From Trichodelitschia bisporula (taxonomy: Eukaryota): a stretch of DNA of 64,000 bases. Of the stretch, positions 23,652 through 35,293 are shown in pieces. The notes under the pieces were generated by a model. That model was not told where the DNA came from and did not search any database. It saw nothing but the letters and a program-made list of their open reading frames with translations. A program made the translations under genes and the position numbers. The stretch covers positions 434,001 through 498,000 of the forward strand of contig ML996705.1 in NCBI GenBank assembly GCA_010356995.1, in the 5' to 3' direction. Every line of letters starts with the position of its first letter. Position 1 is the stretch's first letter.

Positions 23652-24779
23652 TCAAGACCTCAAAGCCTCGCCATAGATGACCGGCATTCCCACACCGGCT
23701 GCGCTGCTCTTGCGCAATCCCCGCGCCGCGCTGCGCCGCACCCGCAACTCAAGGTAGTGGCCGACCACGCTGCGCACCTGCTCAGCGAAGCCAATGTGCT
23801 GGAAGCCAAAGACATCCTCGGTAAGGCTGGCGTCGACGTCGATGTGATGCGTTTCCGCGGACCCGCAGTTGGGGAGGATGCGCTTCTGCACCGCGTCGGT
23901 GAACTCGCGCTTCACGATCCGGCGGACATCTTCCCACCGCGCCGACTGGCTGAGGATGTAAGATGTGTTGCCAGGCACGTACTGGTTGAGGGCCTGAACG
24001 TGGACGCGAGCGACATCCTCGACGTGGACAGTGGCGCCGGCAACGGGGTGATCGAACTTCTTGCCGAGCACCTGGCCGAGCACCAGTGTGTTGGTGCCCT
24101 TGAGCACTTCGCGGGCATTGGAGGCGAGGTCGTTGCGGCCCTCAACGAATGCGGGGTGCAGGTAGACGACGTCGAAGGCGATGTTGCTGCCCTGGCGGGA
24201 CACCCAGGCCTCAGCCTCTTGCAGAGCGGCGATCTTGCTGGCGGCGTATGCCTCGAACTCATTCTCGTAGGGACCCGACACGAAGGGAATGCGGTCGTGG
24301 GGCTGTACAGGGCCGAGATATGCAGGGCGGTCTTCTTGGCCGGTGAGCTGCTGGACGGGGACGAGGGCGACGAGGGAGGAGGTGATGACGACGCGGCGGA
24401 CAGTGCGGGCCTTCTTCGCGGCGTGGAGGACGTTGAGGGTGCCGCGGACGGCAGGCTGGATGAAGAAGGCGTCTTGCTCGTTCATGGGGATCTCGTCATC
24501 GGCGGAGGAGATGCGGAGCGGGGAGGCAATGTGGATGATATGGGAGACGCCCTCGGCGGCATCGTCGTAGGCGTTCGGCTGGGTGAGGTCGGGGACGATG
24601 GTGAAGGAGAGACGCGAGCCCGGGTTGAGGTTCTGGATGAGCGGGTGCGAGAGAATCATGTTCGCCTTGGACTGGGAGCGGACGGCTGCCCGGATGGTGT
24701 GACCGGCTGTGAGGGCGTGGATGAGGACGCGGAAGCCAATGTGGCCAGTGGCCCCGGTGATGAGAATCGGGGCAGACAT
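23652..24779 (-). CDS. NAD(P)-dependent epimerase/dehydratase-family reductase (GRE2/aldehyde reductase II-like extended SDR)
   Basis: Single-exon 375-aa ORF with LITGATGHIG, IHIASP, RRVVITSS, YAASK and VHVEDVARVH. Confidence 0.93.
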   Translation of the reverse strand: MSAPILITGATGHIGFRVLIHALTAGHTIRAAVRSQSKANMILSHPLIQNLNPGSRLSFTIVPDLTQPNAYDDAAEGVSHIIHIASPLRISSADDEIPMNEQDAFFIQPAVRGTLNVLHAAKKARTVRRVVITSSLVALVPVQQLTGQEDRPAYLGPVQPHDRIPFVSGPYENEFEAYAASKIAALQEAEAWVSRQGSNIAFDVVYLHPAFVEGRNDLASNAREVLKGTNTLVLGQVLGKKFDHPVAGATVHVEDVARVHVQALNQYVPGNTSYILSQSARWEDVRRIVKREFTDAVQKRILPNCGSAETHHIDVDASLTEDVFGFQHIGFAEQVRSVVGHYLELRVRRSAARGLRKSSAAGVGMPVIYGEALRS

Positions 24780-27700
24780 CTCAAGTGTGTGAAAGAGACG
24801 GTGGACTGGTGGTTGTGGTGGTTGAAGTGGAAGGGAGATCGGTGTTCTGATATCGGGATGGAACAGATGTTATGAAGGCTATGGCTTTGGAAGTCTTGTG
24901 TGCTTGTGTGTGCGTGTGTGCGTGTTGTGTTGTTTGGTGTACTGTGACTGATGGTATCTCAAGGACGGGGGGCCTTTGGGTTTATATTCTCTGGCTGGGG
25001 TATGTGAGAGATGGGGAGGGGGGATGGTAGGAGGCGGCGACCAGTGTCAGTGGAGAGAGACAGTTGTGTGTGTGAGTCTGTATGACCCTCCCATCTCATG
25101 TACCACCAGCACTGTTCTTTTTGGCCAAGGCGCTGCAGTTGTGGGTTGACGTTTGCACCGACGGAGACAAGCGGGCGGGGCGCCCCCTAGCACTGCGCCA
25201 AACCCTACAGGGGGGCGGGGGACGGAAAGCCAAAGGGCACGGTGACACCGAGCGGGCGCTCTTGAAGCGGGCAAGGCCGAGCCATGGCTAGCTGTGTGGC
25301 GGCGCCTGGGAATCCAATCGGGGAAGAAGAACATCCACACGTGAAGGACGTACAGCTTTCTCCCTGCAGGACTCGAGACCCACGAAAGACGTGAGGGTTG
25401 GGAGCAGATTGCCGAGGATTCGTGGAGAAAGGGACTCGTGAGATGGTGGGACCAGGGTCATCAGACAGCCTTCCTGGAGTGTGAGTGTGTGCATGGTGTT
25501 GTACCCTCTGACCAGTTCTGACCAGTTGCCTTCGGTAGTAGCTCCCCGGTAGACGCCTACCAGCACCCAGTATCAAACGTATTCCCAGTATTCAACAGCA
25601 GTCAACTGCCCAATAACGCGCTTAATGCGGTCGAAGCTGTTGGTTGCAAACTGTCACGCTGTTTGCCGCTGTTGGCTGTTAGCCCTCCATCTCGTGCATC
25701 TCGTGCAGTCCTTTTGCTTCAGCTTGCCCTAAAATGACAGGCGAGGGGAAAGGACTGGCGAAGTGGAAGTTCCTTGTTTACACCGTAGTCTCTCTCTTCC
25801 TGGCCCAAATACAGCATTGTTTGAGGCATGTCTGAATGTCTATGTAATTGTCGTAGGTTTTTGCTGGTCTCTCTACCAAATACTCCTATAACTGTTCTCC
25901 GCCGTTTCAGAGGCATCTTGGGGAATTCGCGGCTTTTCTGCCCCCCCCACCCAACACCGCGTATCCTTAACCTTACCTACCCGCCCGGCGTTTACTGTCC
26001 TCCGTCTGCCGTTGCCCAACCCCCTCCCGTCATTTTCCACTCTTTCCTGATCGCCACCATCGGCCGCTCGCAGATACAAAATGCCGTGCGGCGCAGGCTC
26101 AAACAACGGCTGTGGGTCTGCACGTGGTTCCTGTCAGTCGTGACTCTCAAGGCTAAACTCCTGTGCAATCTTGTCCTTGCTTGGCTTCCCTTGCTTGCAC
26201 CTCGCCGCATCTTCCCCCCCCTTGTATTTTGTCGAAGGATGTCGAGGGATTGCGGGGGGATTACGGATCACTGCATAACACGCCTAGTATTACAACGCAA
26301 TCCTACCCATCCTACGTCCGTACATAGTACACACAACTCCTTCAACTCTTCCATTGCTTGGCCTTGATTGTTGAAAAAAAAGATACCGCATTCCTGTCGC
26401 TTCACACCACCACAACCCACCCCCCCCCCAGTCTGCATGAAGCATGCTCCTCGCGCCCAAAGCTCGTGGGCACAGCAGCCGCATCGCTTCTTTCATTGAC
26501 TCCTACTCCTCACAGCGCCAGGATTACTCACGGCGACAGCGTTGTGAAAGCCTCAATCACCACATCTGCCTTGTTTGTTGTTCAACCTTCAACTGCGCTT
26601 ACACATCAACCCACAGCCGTGATGCACCGCGATACACTACGGCGTACTTCGCGAGCCAAGTCTGCTCACTTTCAGCCGCCGTCACGTTGCTTCCCGCCTC
26701 TAGCGAACAATCTTCATCGCGCCTCCAACCTCAAAAATCTACCGTAGGGCTTCGAAAGGCGTATCGAGTGGCTCATCCGAAGCCAATAGACAACATACCA
26801 CGCGGCTGCATCTTAAGCCCTACAGCTGGCTTCAGAACTCGAGGAAGGCGAATCCGCCAGCCACCCAGCGCCTTCCTCTCCAGTGTCGGTCTCCCGCGTC
26901 GGCTGAGACGCATGCAACTGGCTGTGCCCAGCGCCCTTTGCCTGGGCAACCCCACCATTCACGCCGCTTCCTGCCCCTCCCTCGTGCAGAACAGACGCCA
27001 GCTGCCGGGGCCTAGATGCATTAACCGCGCAGCGCTTGGCCAAAGCATGTTTGTCTCCAAGGAAGGTCCCCGGTAGGTCGCTTCGTCTTGCCTGCGTTCG
27101 GCGTTGCCATGGTGGCACACAAGGGCTGGATGGATGGGTGAATTCTTGTCTTGTGAGGCGCGCTGAGATCCATCCCAGATTCGCATTTGCAAGAGTGTGC
27201 TCATGGTTCGGCCAGGTGGTGGGAGCACACCATTCAACTCAATACAACACCAAGTTAATTGCGGATCCTACATCCCATCAAAGTCGATATCCGTCCTTTT
27301 CCGTCGCTTTTTTAGATCGCACTGCGATTGCAGAAGGTCCGCAAACCCACTGGAGCAAATGTCGGAATCGCACGACTCCCACCGCTTCGCCTTGCATCCA
27401 CTCCGCATTCCTACCGACTTGTTCCTCCCCCGATCAAGCCCTTCCCAATCCGGCGACTTTACGTAGTGGCGAAAGGGCAGGGAGAAAGGCATCTTCCGTC
27501 TCGGAGGCGCTTTTTTCCCCTCGGCCCAGGCCTCAGCTTTGTGCGACAACGAGCCTCTTCCCGCCCGATCTGGCCGGGAGACCGCCCTGGGCTTTCGGCT
27601 GTTGAGGATGTCTCTGAAGTCACTGCGAATAAACGGTTGCAATAATGGGCTGCAATACTCATCGATGTCGCGGAGGCGCTCAGCTTGTCCTAATCGCTCG

Positions 27701-29840
27701 CCCTCGCTGCACTCTCGCCAGCGAACCCCGGACCCGCGCCCGCTGGCCGCCTGGCCTCGGTCGGCCGTCGACTGCCATCGCAGTCAGGCTGTCGCTACTC
27801 GGCCCTCGCACACATTTTTAGGGCAATAAATGGGTCGAAAGAACCCCCCGGGAGCTGAAGTTCAGTATAGCAGCTGAAGGCAGAAGCGAAATTCAGGTCA
27901 GGGGTCTAGATGGTTGCGGCATCGCGGGATTGGATTGCGGGCGCTGCAGATTTCGCTGTCTCGCTTGAGGCGGTTCCATTGGTGATCTATTGGACCGAGG
28001 ATGTGGTTTGGGTTTACAACTGACACGCAGGAAGTTGCAGTTGGGCGATCTGACAGGTGGCAGGGGCGAGCGGGCAACTGACACGCTGGTGATGCTGAGA
28101 GCACGCATGGTAAGGCTCACCAGAACTAGACCGGGCGGTGAAATCGACAGTTGACTACTAAACTGCGAGGAAACTGCGGCAATGCTTATTCTACTAGCCG
28201 TGCCATCTGCCGTTTAACACCGTTTATGCGCCGCCATCGCCCCTCCCCGCGACGGATTACCCTTCTGCTTCGCAACGTACGCTGTAAGTGCAATAAGCTG
28301 ACACGTCCAACGCTGGATTGGCAATGTTAACAATAGCAGAAGCTAGATCATTCGTTGCATTGCCATCTCGCCGACCACTTTGCAACGCCAGTGCCGCGCG
28401 CAACCGGCTGAACGTCCCCGCTGACACCCGCCGGTCGCGGCGCGCGTCAAACCGGCACGCCGGCATCAGCGTTTGACGCGCAGTCATACTCAAGCCCGAC
28501 GGGGCGACCTCCTTCCAACCACGCGATGCCAGAGTTCTCCAGTCTTAACACTAGTAGCGCTGGGTAGACGTCACAATGGCCAGCTCAAGGTGCAAGCGTC
28601 AGCATCGGGTAGGCCCCTCCTTCCCCACCACCCCGCACACCCCCCAGTGCGTCATCTCGCCTTCTGTATGGGGGATTTTCTCCAGCCTCGGGATGCGGGC
28701 GGATCAGGCGTCCAGTCTTGCTACTTCTCTGAGATCATGGACTGGGATGCACTGCGCTGCTTTGAGAAGCTCGTGAGATGCTTGGTGGCATTGGAGATGA
28801 TGAACCTGGTATGCCTCGCGATGGTGGAGGGTTGGCATTGGTGGAGATGGTACACCCTTCCACACTTCTTGAGATTGAAAGTTTGGGGGCTGGAATTTGG
28901 CGACATCTGCGCTTGCTGGATTGCTCTCGGTAAGCAGGGACGTAAATATTCGCCCTTAGTAAGTGCTTGCGAGCAGATTTGCCAGGTTGCTCTCTGGGCA
29001 CCGGTGTATGCCTGGCCATTCATGGCCGGTCTGTCGCCTGGAGGTGTGCACGGAGATGTGTCGTAGGACCATAGCTATTGATAAAGTAATAAGTTATCAG
29101 GAAAGTGATGAGGTTCTGCCCGGAGTGCTCTCCGAATGCTGCTCGGTGAAATCCTTCGATGTTGCCTTTCTGCGGTTGACGTGGGAAAAAGCATAGAGGG
29201 TATGGACGCCTTGCTCTGGTGGGGGCGGGGTTGCAATCTCACGCCCCATTCCGCCATTGGTAAAGATCAGCGAAGGAATCGACGTAGACGATTCTGGTGG
29301 ATAGCCTAAACGGTTCGCGTTAGACGATTCTTTAGTTCGTGTCCTGGTCTTTGCAAACTTGACTGGGCTGGAGTCTCCATGACACCTGTCGCTCCGGAAT
29401 TGCAAGACAGTTGATCGAGGCATTTACCAAGCTCCGCCCAAGACAATTCAAACGGTAAGAAACTACCTACCGTACATTTACTTCCTACGGTACATCCCAG
29501 CTTCTCGCCCATTCGGTCTTTAGTTCAAAGGGATAACATCGCGGGTTCAGTCTTTAGTTCCAAGGAATAACGCCGTCCAGCAAAATTTCGAAGCCCGCGG
29601 GCTGTCGTAAGTACGGATGCACGCAATCCCAGACATCTCCACCCGGAGCATTATTCAAACCCCCCGCATCCCGCATCCCGTCCGGTTCGCAACCGTCACA
29701 AATCCTCCTCGCCACCCATTCCTCCCGCGACGCCGACAGGTCGTCCAGCCCTGCATTCAAAACGATGCTGGAACGGCGATCCAATTCTTCACGTCGATCC
29801 CTCAGCACCCAGATCTACGTTGTACGAAGCATGTCGCAGT

Positions 29841-29970
29841 GTCGGCGAAATGTCCACGATCGTTAGCCCCGACTATCGCTGCGCCACACACCTACATCAA
29901 CGTTGCGTAGCGTCGGCGAAATGCCCACGATGCCGTTAGCCTTGACTATAGCGCTGCGCCACACACCCTA
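29841..29970. repeat. ~71-bp tandem duplication
   Basis: GTCGGCGAAATG..CACGAT..GTTAGCC..GACTAT..GCTGCGCCACACACC occurs at 29841 and 29912. Confidence 0.8.
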
Positions 29971-30509
29971 ACCAAGCGCATCTTCAACCGCCGACTCCCC
30001 GCCCCCACGCGTCCCCACTCGCCACGATGACGTCGTGCGTCGTAAGCTCGCGACAGTCTTCCGCGTCATGACACTGCCGAGTCCCGGCACGCAATGCGAT
30101 GGTCAGCTGCTGTCGGTGCAGTTGTTGGCCTCGTGACTTCACTTGAGTTGACTAGAGTTGACTGTAAGGTCTCGCTACCGCGGGATGGACACTGCGGGAT
30201 GAGGAGACCGGAGGTGGGTCCGCGCCGAAGCGATGAGGGACGCGTGGTGGAGGGTGGCTGGGCGCGTGGCGGCGTGACGTTGTTTCTACCGTAGAATACG
30301 GCGGAGGGGCCGGACTGACGTCCGGCTGAGGCGGGATGACGTCGGGAGGGACTGCTCGGAGGTGGGGGGTGGATATTGGGTTTGGGCGCGACTGGATTGG
30401 AGGCTGTGTTTGGGGTCTGGAGAGTTTGGGCATCAATATCGTACGGTACTTAGGTGGAAGAGCCCGGCTGGAGTTACCATGGTCTGGAGATCTCACTTTG
30501 GTGAAGTGG

Positions 30510-30970
30510 GATTTGGGCATCGTGAGATGGAAGCTCACGGCTGGGAGTCACGATGCGAGTGATTTGATATCCGTGCGTTGGGATCGTCGGGAGGATTTCG
30601 ACTGGGAAGTCACGATCTGGGGATCTTACGCTGGTAAGGCGAGAATTTGGCATCGTGGGATGGAATATCGCGGCCGGGAGTGACGATGCGGATAATTTGA
30701 TATTGGTGAGATCGGATTGTCAGGGGGATCACGACTAGGAGCTTTGATTTACGCGGATTGGAGGGTTGGAGATGCTTGGGATATGGAATTGTGCGCGTCC
30801 ATGGTATGGGGGTTCAACGGTAGAGCTGGATCTGCGCGGGTGAGATGGGATTGTCAGGGGAGATTACGGCTGTGAGATCTGATTCTCACAGCGTGTGAAG
30901 TGTGATGCTTGGAATATGGAATTGCGCGCGGCTATGGACATTCTAGAGCTGGATCTGCGGAGGTGAGATT
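30510..30970. repeat. Degenerate ~135-bp tandem repeat
   Basis: 30512-30607 resembles 30646-30740, and 30704-30847 resembles 30839-30969 (GGTGAGAT.GGATTGTCAGGGG...GATGCTTGG.ATATGGAATTG...TAGAGCTGGATCTGCG). Confidence 0.7.
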
Positions 30971-33446
30971 GATCTTCTCTCCCTGCATCTGCTCGTCTGA
31001 CTACTTACGGGTGATATGAAGCTTACCTGCCGCAAGGTCTGGACCGCGCGCTTCCGGATGACTACAACCAGGGTAACCTGGAGATTAGCGCTTCCACAGG
31101 AGCCTGGGATATCGCATTGTGTGCAACCCGGAAGCCCGGATTCCGGAGGGGGCTCCAGGCAGATTTTGGTCTTATCTCCCGCTGACCGACGCACACTTCG
31201 GCTTGCTGACGGCCGTGGTGAGAAGCTGAAGGCGAGACTTGGCTCTTCTGGGGCTCTCGTGAGACACCACGATGCACGACCACAGCTGCAATCTGAACTG
31301 TCCAACAGTGTTCGGAGACGGTCGCAGGAATGACCAGCGACTGGATACCAGCGACTGGCTGCAGGACCGCAGCAAGCAGATTAGGCCACCAGTCGAGCGT
31401 CGAAAACACCTCGCATTACATGGAGCGCGATATTGTGAGGGTAGGCTGTCAGACTGTTGATAGCTATCCGAGATGGATCGGACAGCTGGGTACCCCGGAT
31501 GGCGTGGAGGTAAGCCGACAACATCCCAAACCAGGAGGCCTTCGACCATCCTAGCTTAAGATAAAGGCCAGCATATCCGCCTCGCTCATCCGTGATGGCC
31601 GTCGGGGTACATGCCCCATACCCATTGTCAGGGATAACGACATACCTATCCGAGCCAGCAGGCCTGTGGACGTCGAGGCCCAGGACGGGCAGTGTAGGCC
31701 GGGTGAGTACCCACTGCTTGCACCGAAGCCCGAAGCCAACAGATCCCAGAGTCGATGACACGTCCCGTACCCGAAGGATGTTGTACCCGGTTCCATCATG
31801 CCCGGTTCCAAGTATCCAAGTCTCTTCAGTGTCCATGGTCGATGTCGGATGTGCGAGCATACGGGAGTAGCCGTCGTGGACGTGAGGTCGAGGAACGCGT
31901 CATGACGCATGCGTACGTCTGCTCTTAAGGAAGGTCGTCATCGCTGGGCTCCGCATCCAGCACCGTGAAGCATCGAGGCCCGTCGTAGCCTTTTCACCCT
32001 CCAACCCAACATAAACCCAACCCCCAACCCATCCAAGCTCTTTCTCCTTGCATCCAACAATGCATCCAACCTCCTTCCTTCACGAACCCATACTCCTCCC
32101 ATCCATCATGCATCCCAAGCCCCCTCCTTCCCAATTCATTCCTCCCGCAGCCGCCCACATCGGGGACCCCGTCTCTTAAGACTTCCCCATCGGACCAAGG
32201 TGGGGATCCGTGACGGAGCCCGGACTCGCGCGGGCGGCAGTGCGCGACGGTGGACCAACCCCTGGCGCGCTAGCCTCGTCCCAACCGGAGCTACCCCTGC
32301 CACTGGGTCCGTGCGGCGGGTCGGGCCGGGGAGCTTTGCGTGCTTTCGAGGGGAGCTTGAGAGCTGGATCGGCGATGATGATGAGATTGAACAGAGAGGG
32401 TGTTGTTGTGCGGAAGTTGTTTTGCCGGGCGATTTATGGGCGTGGTGACGGTGCCGTGGGGTGTGGGAAGTTGGAGATGGGGCGGGGCGGCGGTGCTGCC
32501 TTTATCTACTTTCCCGCGCGGATCAGGCCCGCAAGGCTGGCTGTGCCTTCGTGATGCTAAATTGCTAGTTGGCTTGACAGCATGTCCGTGTTTTGCAACA
32601 TGGTAAGCTATCAGCTGTCAGGCGTCCCGAGCTAGACATTATACTACGGATGAGGCTGCGTTGCCGATGTTCTGTTTTTGGAAGTCGTGGAATTTGAGGT
32701 ACGAAGGCTGGCGACATGGTATGAACGGTAAGTACACCTCAAATTCGGTATGGAAGCTAATAAAGTGCTCTTCTTCTAGATAGTCAAGTGGGTGATAGGA
32801 AGCGTTCGAATGAACATCCGGAAGGCAGCGCAAAGGGAGTATGGCGGACGGATTCTACGCCAGTGGATTCGAAAGCTCGTTGCTTCGGACTACCACAACG
32901 CTCGCCAAGTCGGACTTCAAACCTCACATGTCTTGACATCCCGCAAACGCTCGAACACGTCGCAGCTGTCTTCGTATTGCGCGACATGCCTTATCTATTG
33001 TTACTGGCCACTCTTGAAAGCCGAAGACGCTTTTTGGGGGCCAGCCTTGCAGCATTCGGAGTACGCCTAGCTAAACAGGCTCCAGCATGGGCTACTACAG
33101 TACAGCCTCGTTTCCCTAAACCCGCATCAGGCGATGGAGCTCAGAGAGCTCTTCTAACGTGAATGTTGTTCCCTCAAATGTAGAAGCGCCATAATCGAAG
33201 GGTAAATTACGGGATGATAGACAGGCAGAGCGGGTAAAGCATCACGATGAGTCCCAAGCCCACCCAAGAATAGCAGCTAAAGTTAAAGTGTTGCCTCTAC
33301 CGCGTCGCATGAGGACGGGGTTAGAGACGAGTATGCATGCCTCACCGAACGCACCCGCAACTCCACGCAGACAAACCATATCGAAATGGTACCAAAACCA
33401 GGGGTTCCGGACAGCATATATTCATTGTGCTCGCGGCATCCAATCG

Positions 33447-34249
33447 TCAAAATTCCTCCCCTGCTGCCTTCCGAAGAATTTCGGCCAGCCGGTCCGGCTT
33501 GGTGTAGAAGGGGCAGTGTCCCGTGTCAATGCGCTCGACTTTCCACAGTGGGCCTGGCTAGCTGCTGTACATTTCCTGCACGTCCAGCGGGACGCATCGA
33601 TCTTGCTCGCAGATCACGTAGGTCGGCGGGATGTGCTTCCACGCCGCATAAGTCTGGGGCGACAGCATGACAGCGGAAGTCTGAGGGTGAAGTTTCGAGA
33701 GTGCCTCCTCAGCCTGCGCGTCCCCCATGTCGTGGTAATAGTACTCGCGGCCATGGATCGGTCGAACAGTGGCACCCTGAACGATTAGTCTGCGGCACGA
33801 CTTCATGACCGAACGGGGCTTACATCGAGCTCAATGAACTCGGAATTTTTACCTTCAGTCATATCCAACAGCGAAAGGCCTTCAGGCACAGCGAAGCGGG
33901 CGATATTTACCAGCCCGATGACGCTGCCCCTATCCGATTCCACCGCCCGGTGCTCCCTTGCGAAACCCTTGGCGGCGGCGCTGCCCACGAACGCGCCGTA
34001 GGAGTGCATCACCAAGATGATGTCCTCGCCGGCAAAAGCGACTTCGCGCAGCACCTCGCGAACGGCTTCAACGTCTGTGTCGAAGCCGGTTTCAGGGTGA
34101 GGCAGTTCGTGGACGGTGGCCAGTTCTACGCCTTCGTAGCCGTACCCTGCGGCGATCAGGTGCGCGGCTGTCGCTGCGAAGCAGTCCGGATGATGGAAGC
34201 CGGCGGGAATGAAAACGAAGGTGGGCTTGAGAGGAGTCTCACTGGATAT
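33447..34249 (-). pseudogene. Alpha/beta hydrolase (methylesterase-like) pseudogene
   Basis: Motifs KPTFVFIPAGFH, LVMHSYGA, YVICEQDRCVP and DTGHCPF; one intron. The start codon position reads ATA (34249-34247), with an in-frame stop 7 codons upstream. A premature TAG at 33558-33560 precedes the catalytic His. Confidence 0.85.
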
Positions 34250-35293
34250 CGTGGAACGAAAGGGCGGCTAACTTGCTTCTCAATGACGACGAAGAGGTAA
34301 TCAGGGGGGGGACGCGAGGAGGTTGAGAAGCGAAGCTGAGGGGGGAAGATATAATGATGGATCGGAAGGTATTTGTCTGCTTTAAAATGAAGGATCTTGC
34401 TGGAGAGCAGCCACGATGCACAGTACTCGACTCCGCCAGAACGCCGGTTATGTGCTCATTGGCCGTTTGCCGAACTGATAGTCGAAAGGAGCACTCGATG
34501 TGGCAAGGCTGCAGCCGGAGGTTCTCATGCAGTATGTGGCACTCGAGCACCACTTATGGGATGTCTCCGCGGTATATGGAATAACTTGCGCAAAGTTTAA
34601 AGCCAAGCGTACGGCGGGGGCATGGTCTGCGAGAATGAAATGGGAAGCATAATGTACCGGTTGGTGAATGAATCTCTAGGCCGCCGGAATATCGGCTGCC
34701 TTCGCCGTTATCGTCGATGGTGAGCGAATTCTACATGGAGCTGAGCGATCGCAAAAGACTCTACGGTGCCCAGAGAGACTTGCATATCCTGTCACTGTAT
34801 CGTACATACCGTAGCGCAGCCATACGGCCTGCAGGTTCCCCATGTTTCGCTCAGCGGGTTTGCATCCGGGTGGCTGGTCGTACAAGATCGATTCCCAAAA
34901 AGTTATGGCCGAAAAAGTCATGGCCGCACTCCCTCATTGAATTTGCGGACAAGGGCGGCTACTACATTTTTATATATGTGGCTGGTCGTACCTGAGCCGC
35001 CAAGCCCCAGGTTAAAGCTTCTTCGGTCCGCTATTGATCCGAGCCGCTCGTTGGGTGCCTGGCTCGGTGACGTCGCGAGCTTCAACTGCCAACTTCAGCA
35101 AACAAGTCATCGTCGCCTGTCAGCATTCCTCTTTTCGCGACGCGCAGTCAGGAGACACTCATAATTGAAATTACTTGTAGCATCTCTCAAGTTACAGCTT
35201 CTCGCGCCTCACACAGTCACCCAGCGACATCGTCGACCATCCTTCGCCACCCGCTCCTTGACCCGTCCCATCTGGGCTGAGCCCTCGTCCGTC

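Noticed and set aside
9717..24779. Secondary-metabolite cluster (methyltransferase + AKR + SDR reductase)
   Set aside because: No PKS, NRPS, terpene or RiPP backbone gene, transporter or cluster regulator is present, and the genes are widely spaced.
23757..24875. 372-aa ORF antisense to the reductase (similar shadow ORFs occur over NCR1, BCKDHB, the AKR and the amidohydrolase)
   Set aside because: These are shadows of GC-rich codon bias with no independent motifs.
35165..35293. N-terminal extension of NCR1 in the ORF track (also the phosducin extension to 60464)
   Set aside because: The NCR1 extension starts at a non-ATG codon, and ATG 35294 gives a proper signal peptide. For phosducin, ATG 60266 gives the expected N-terminus.
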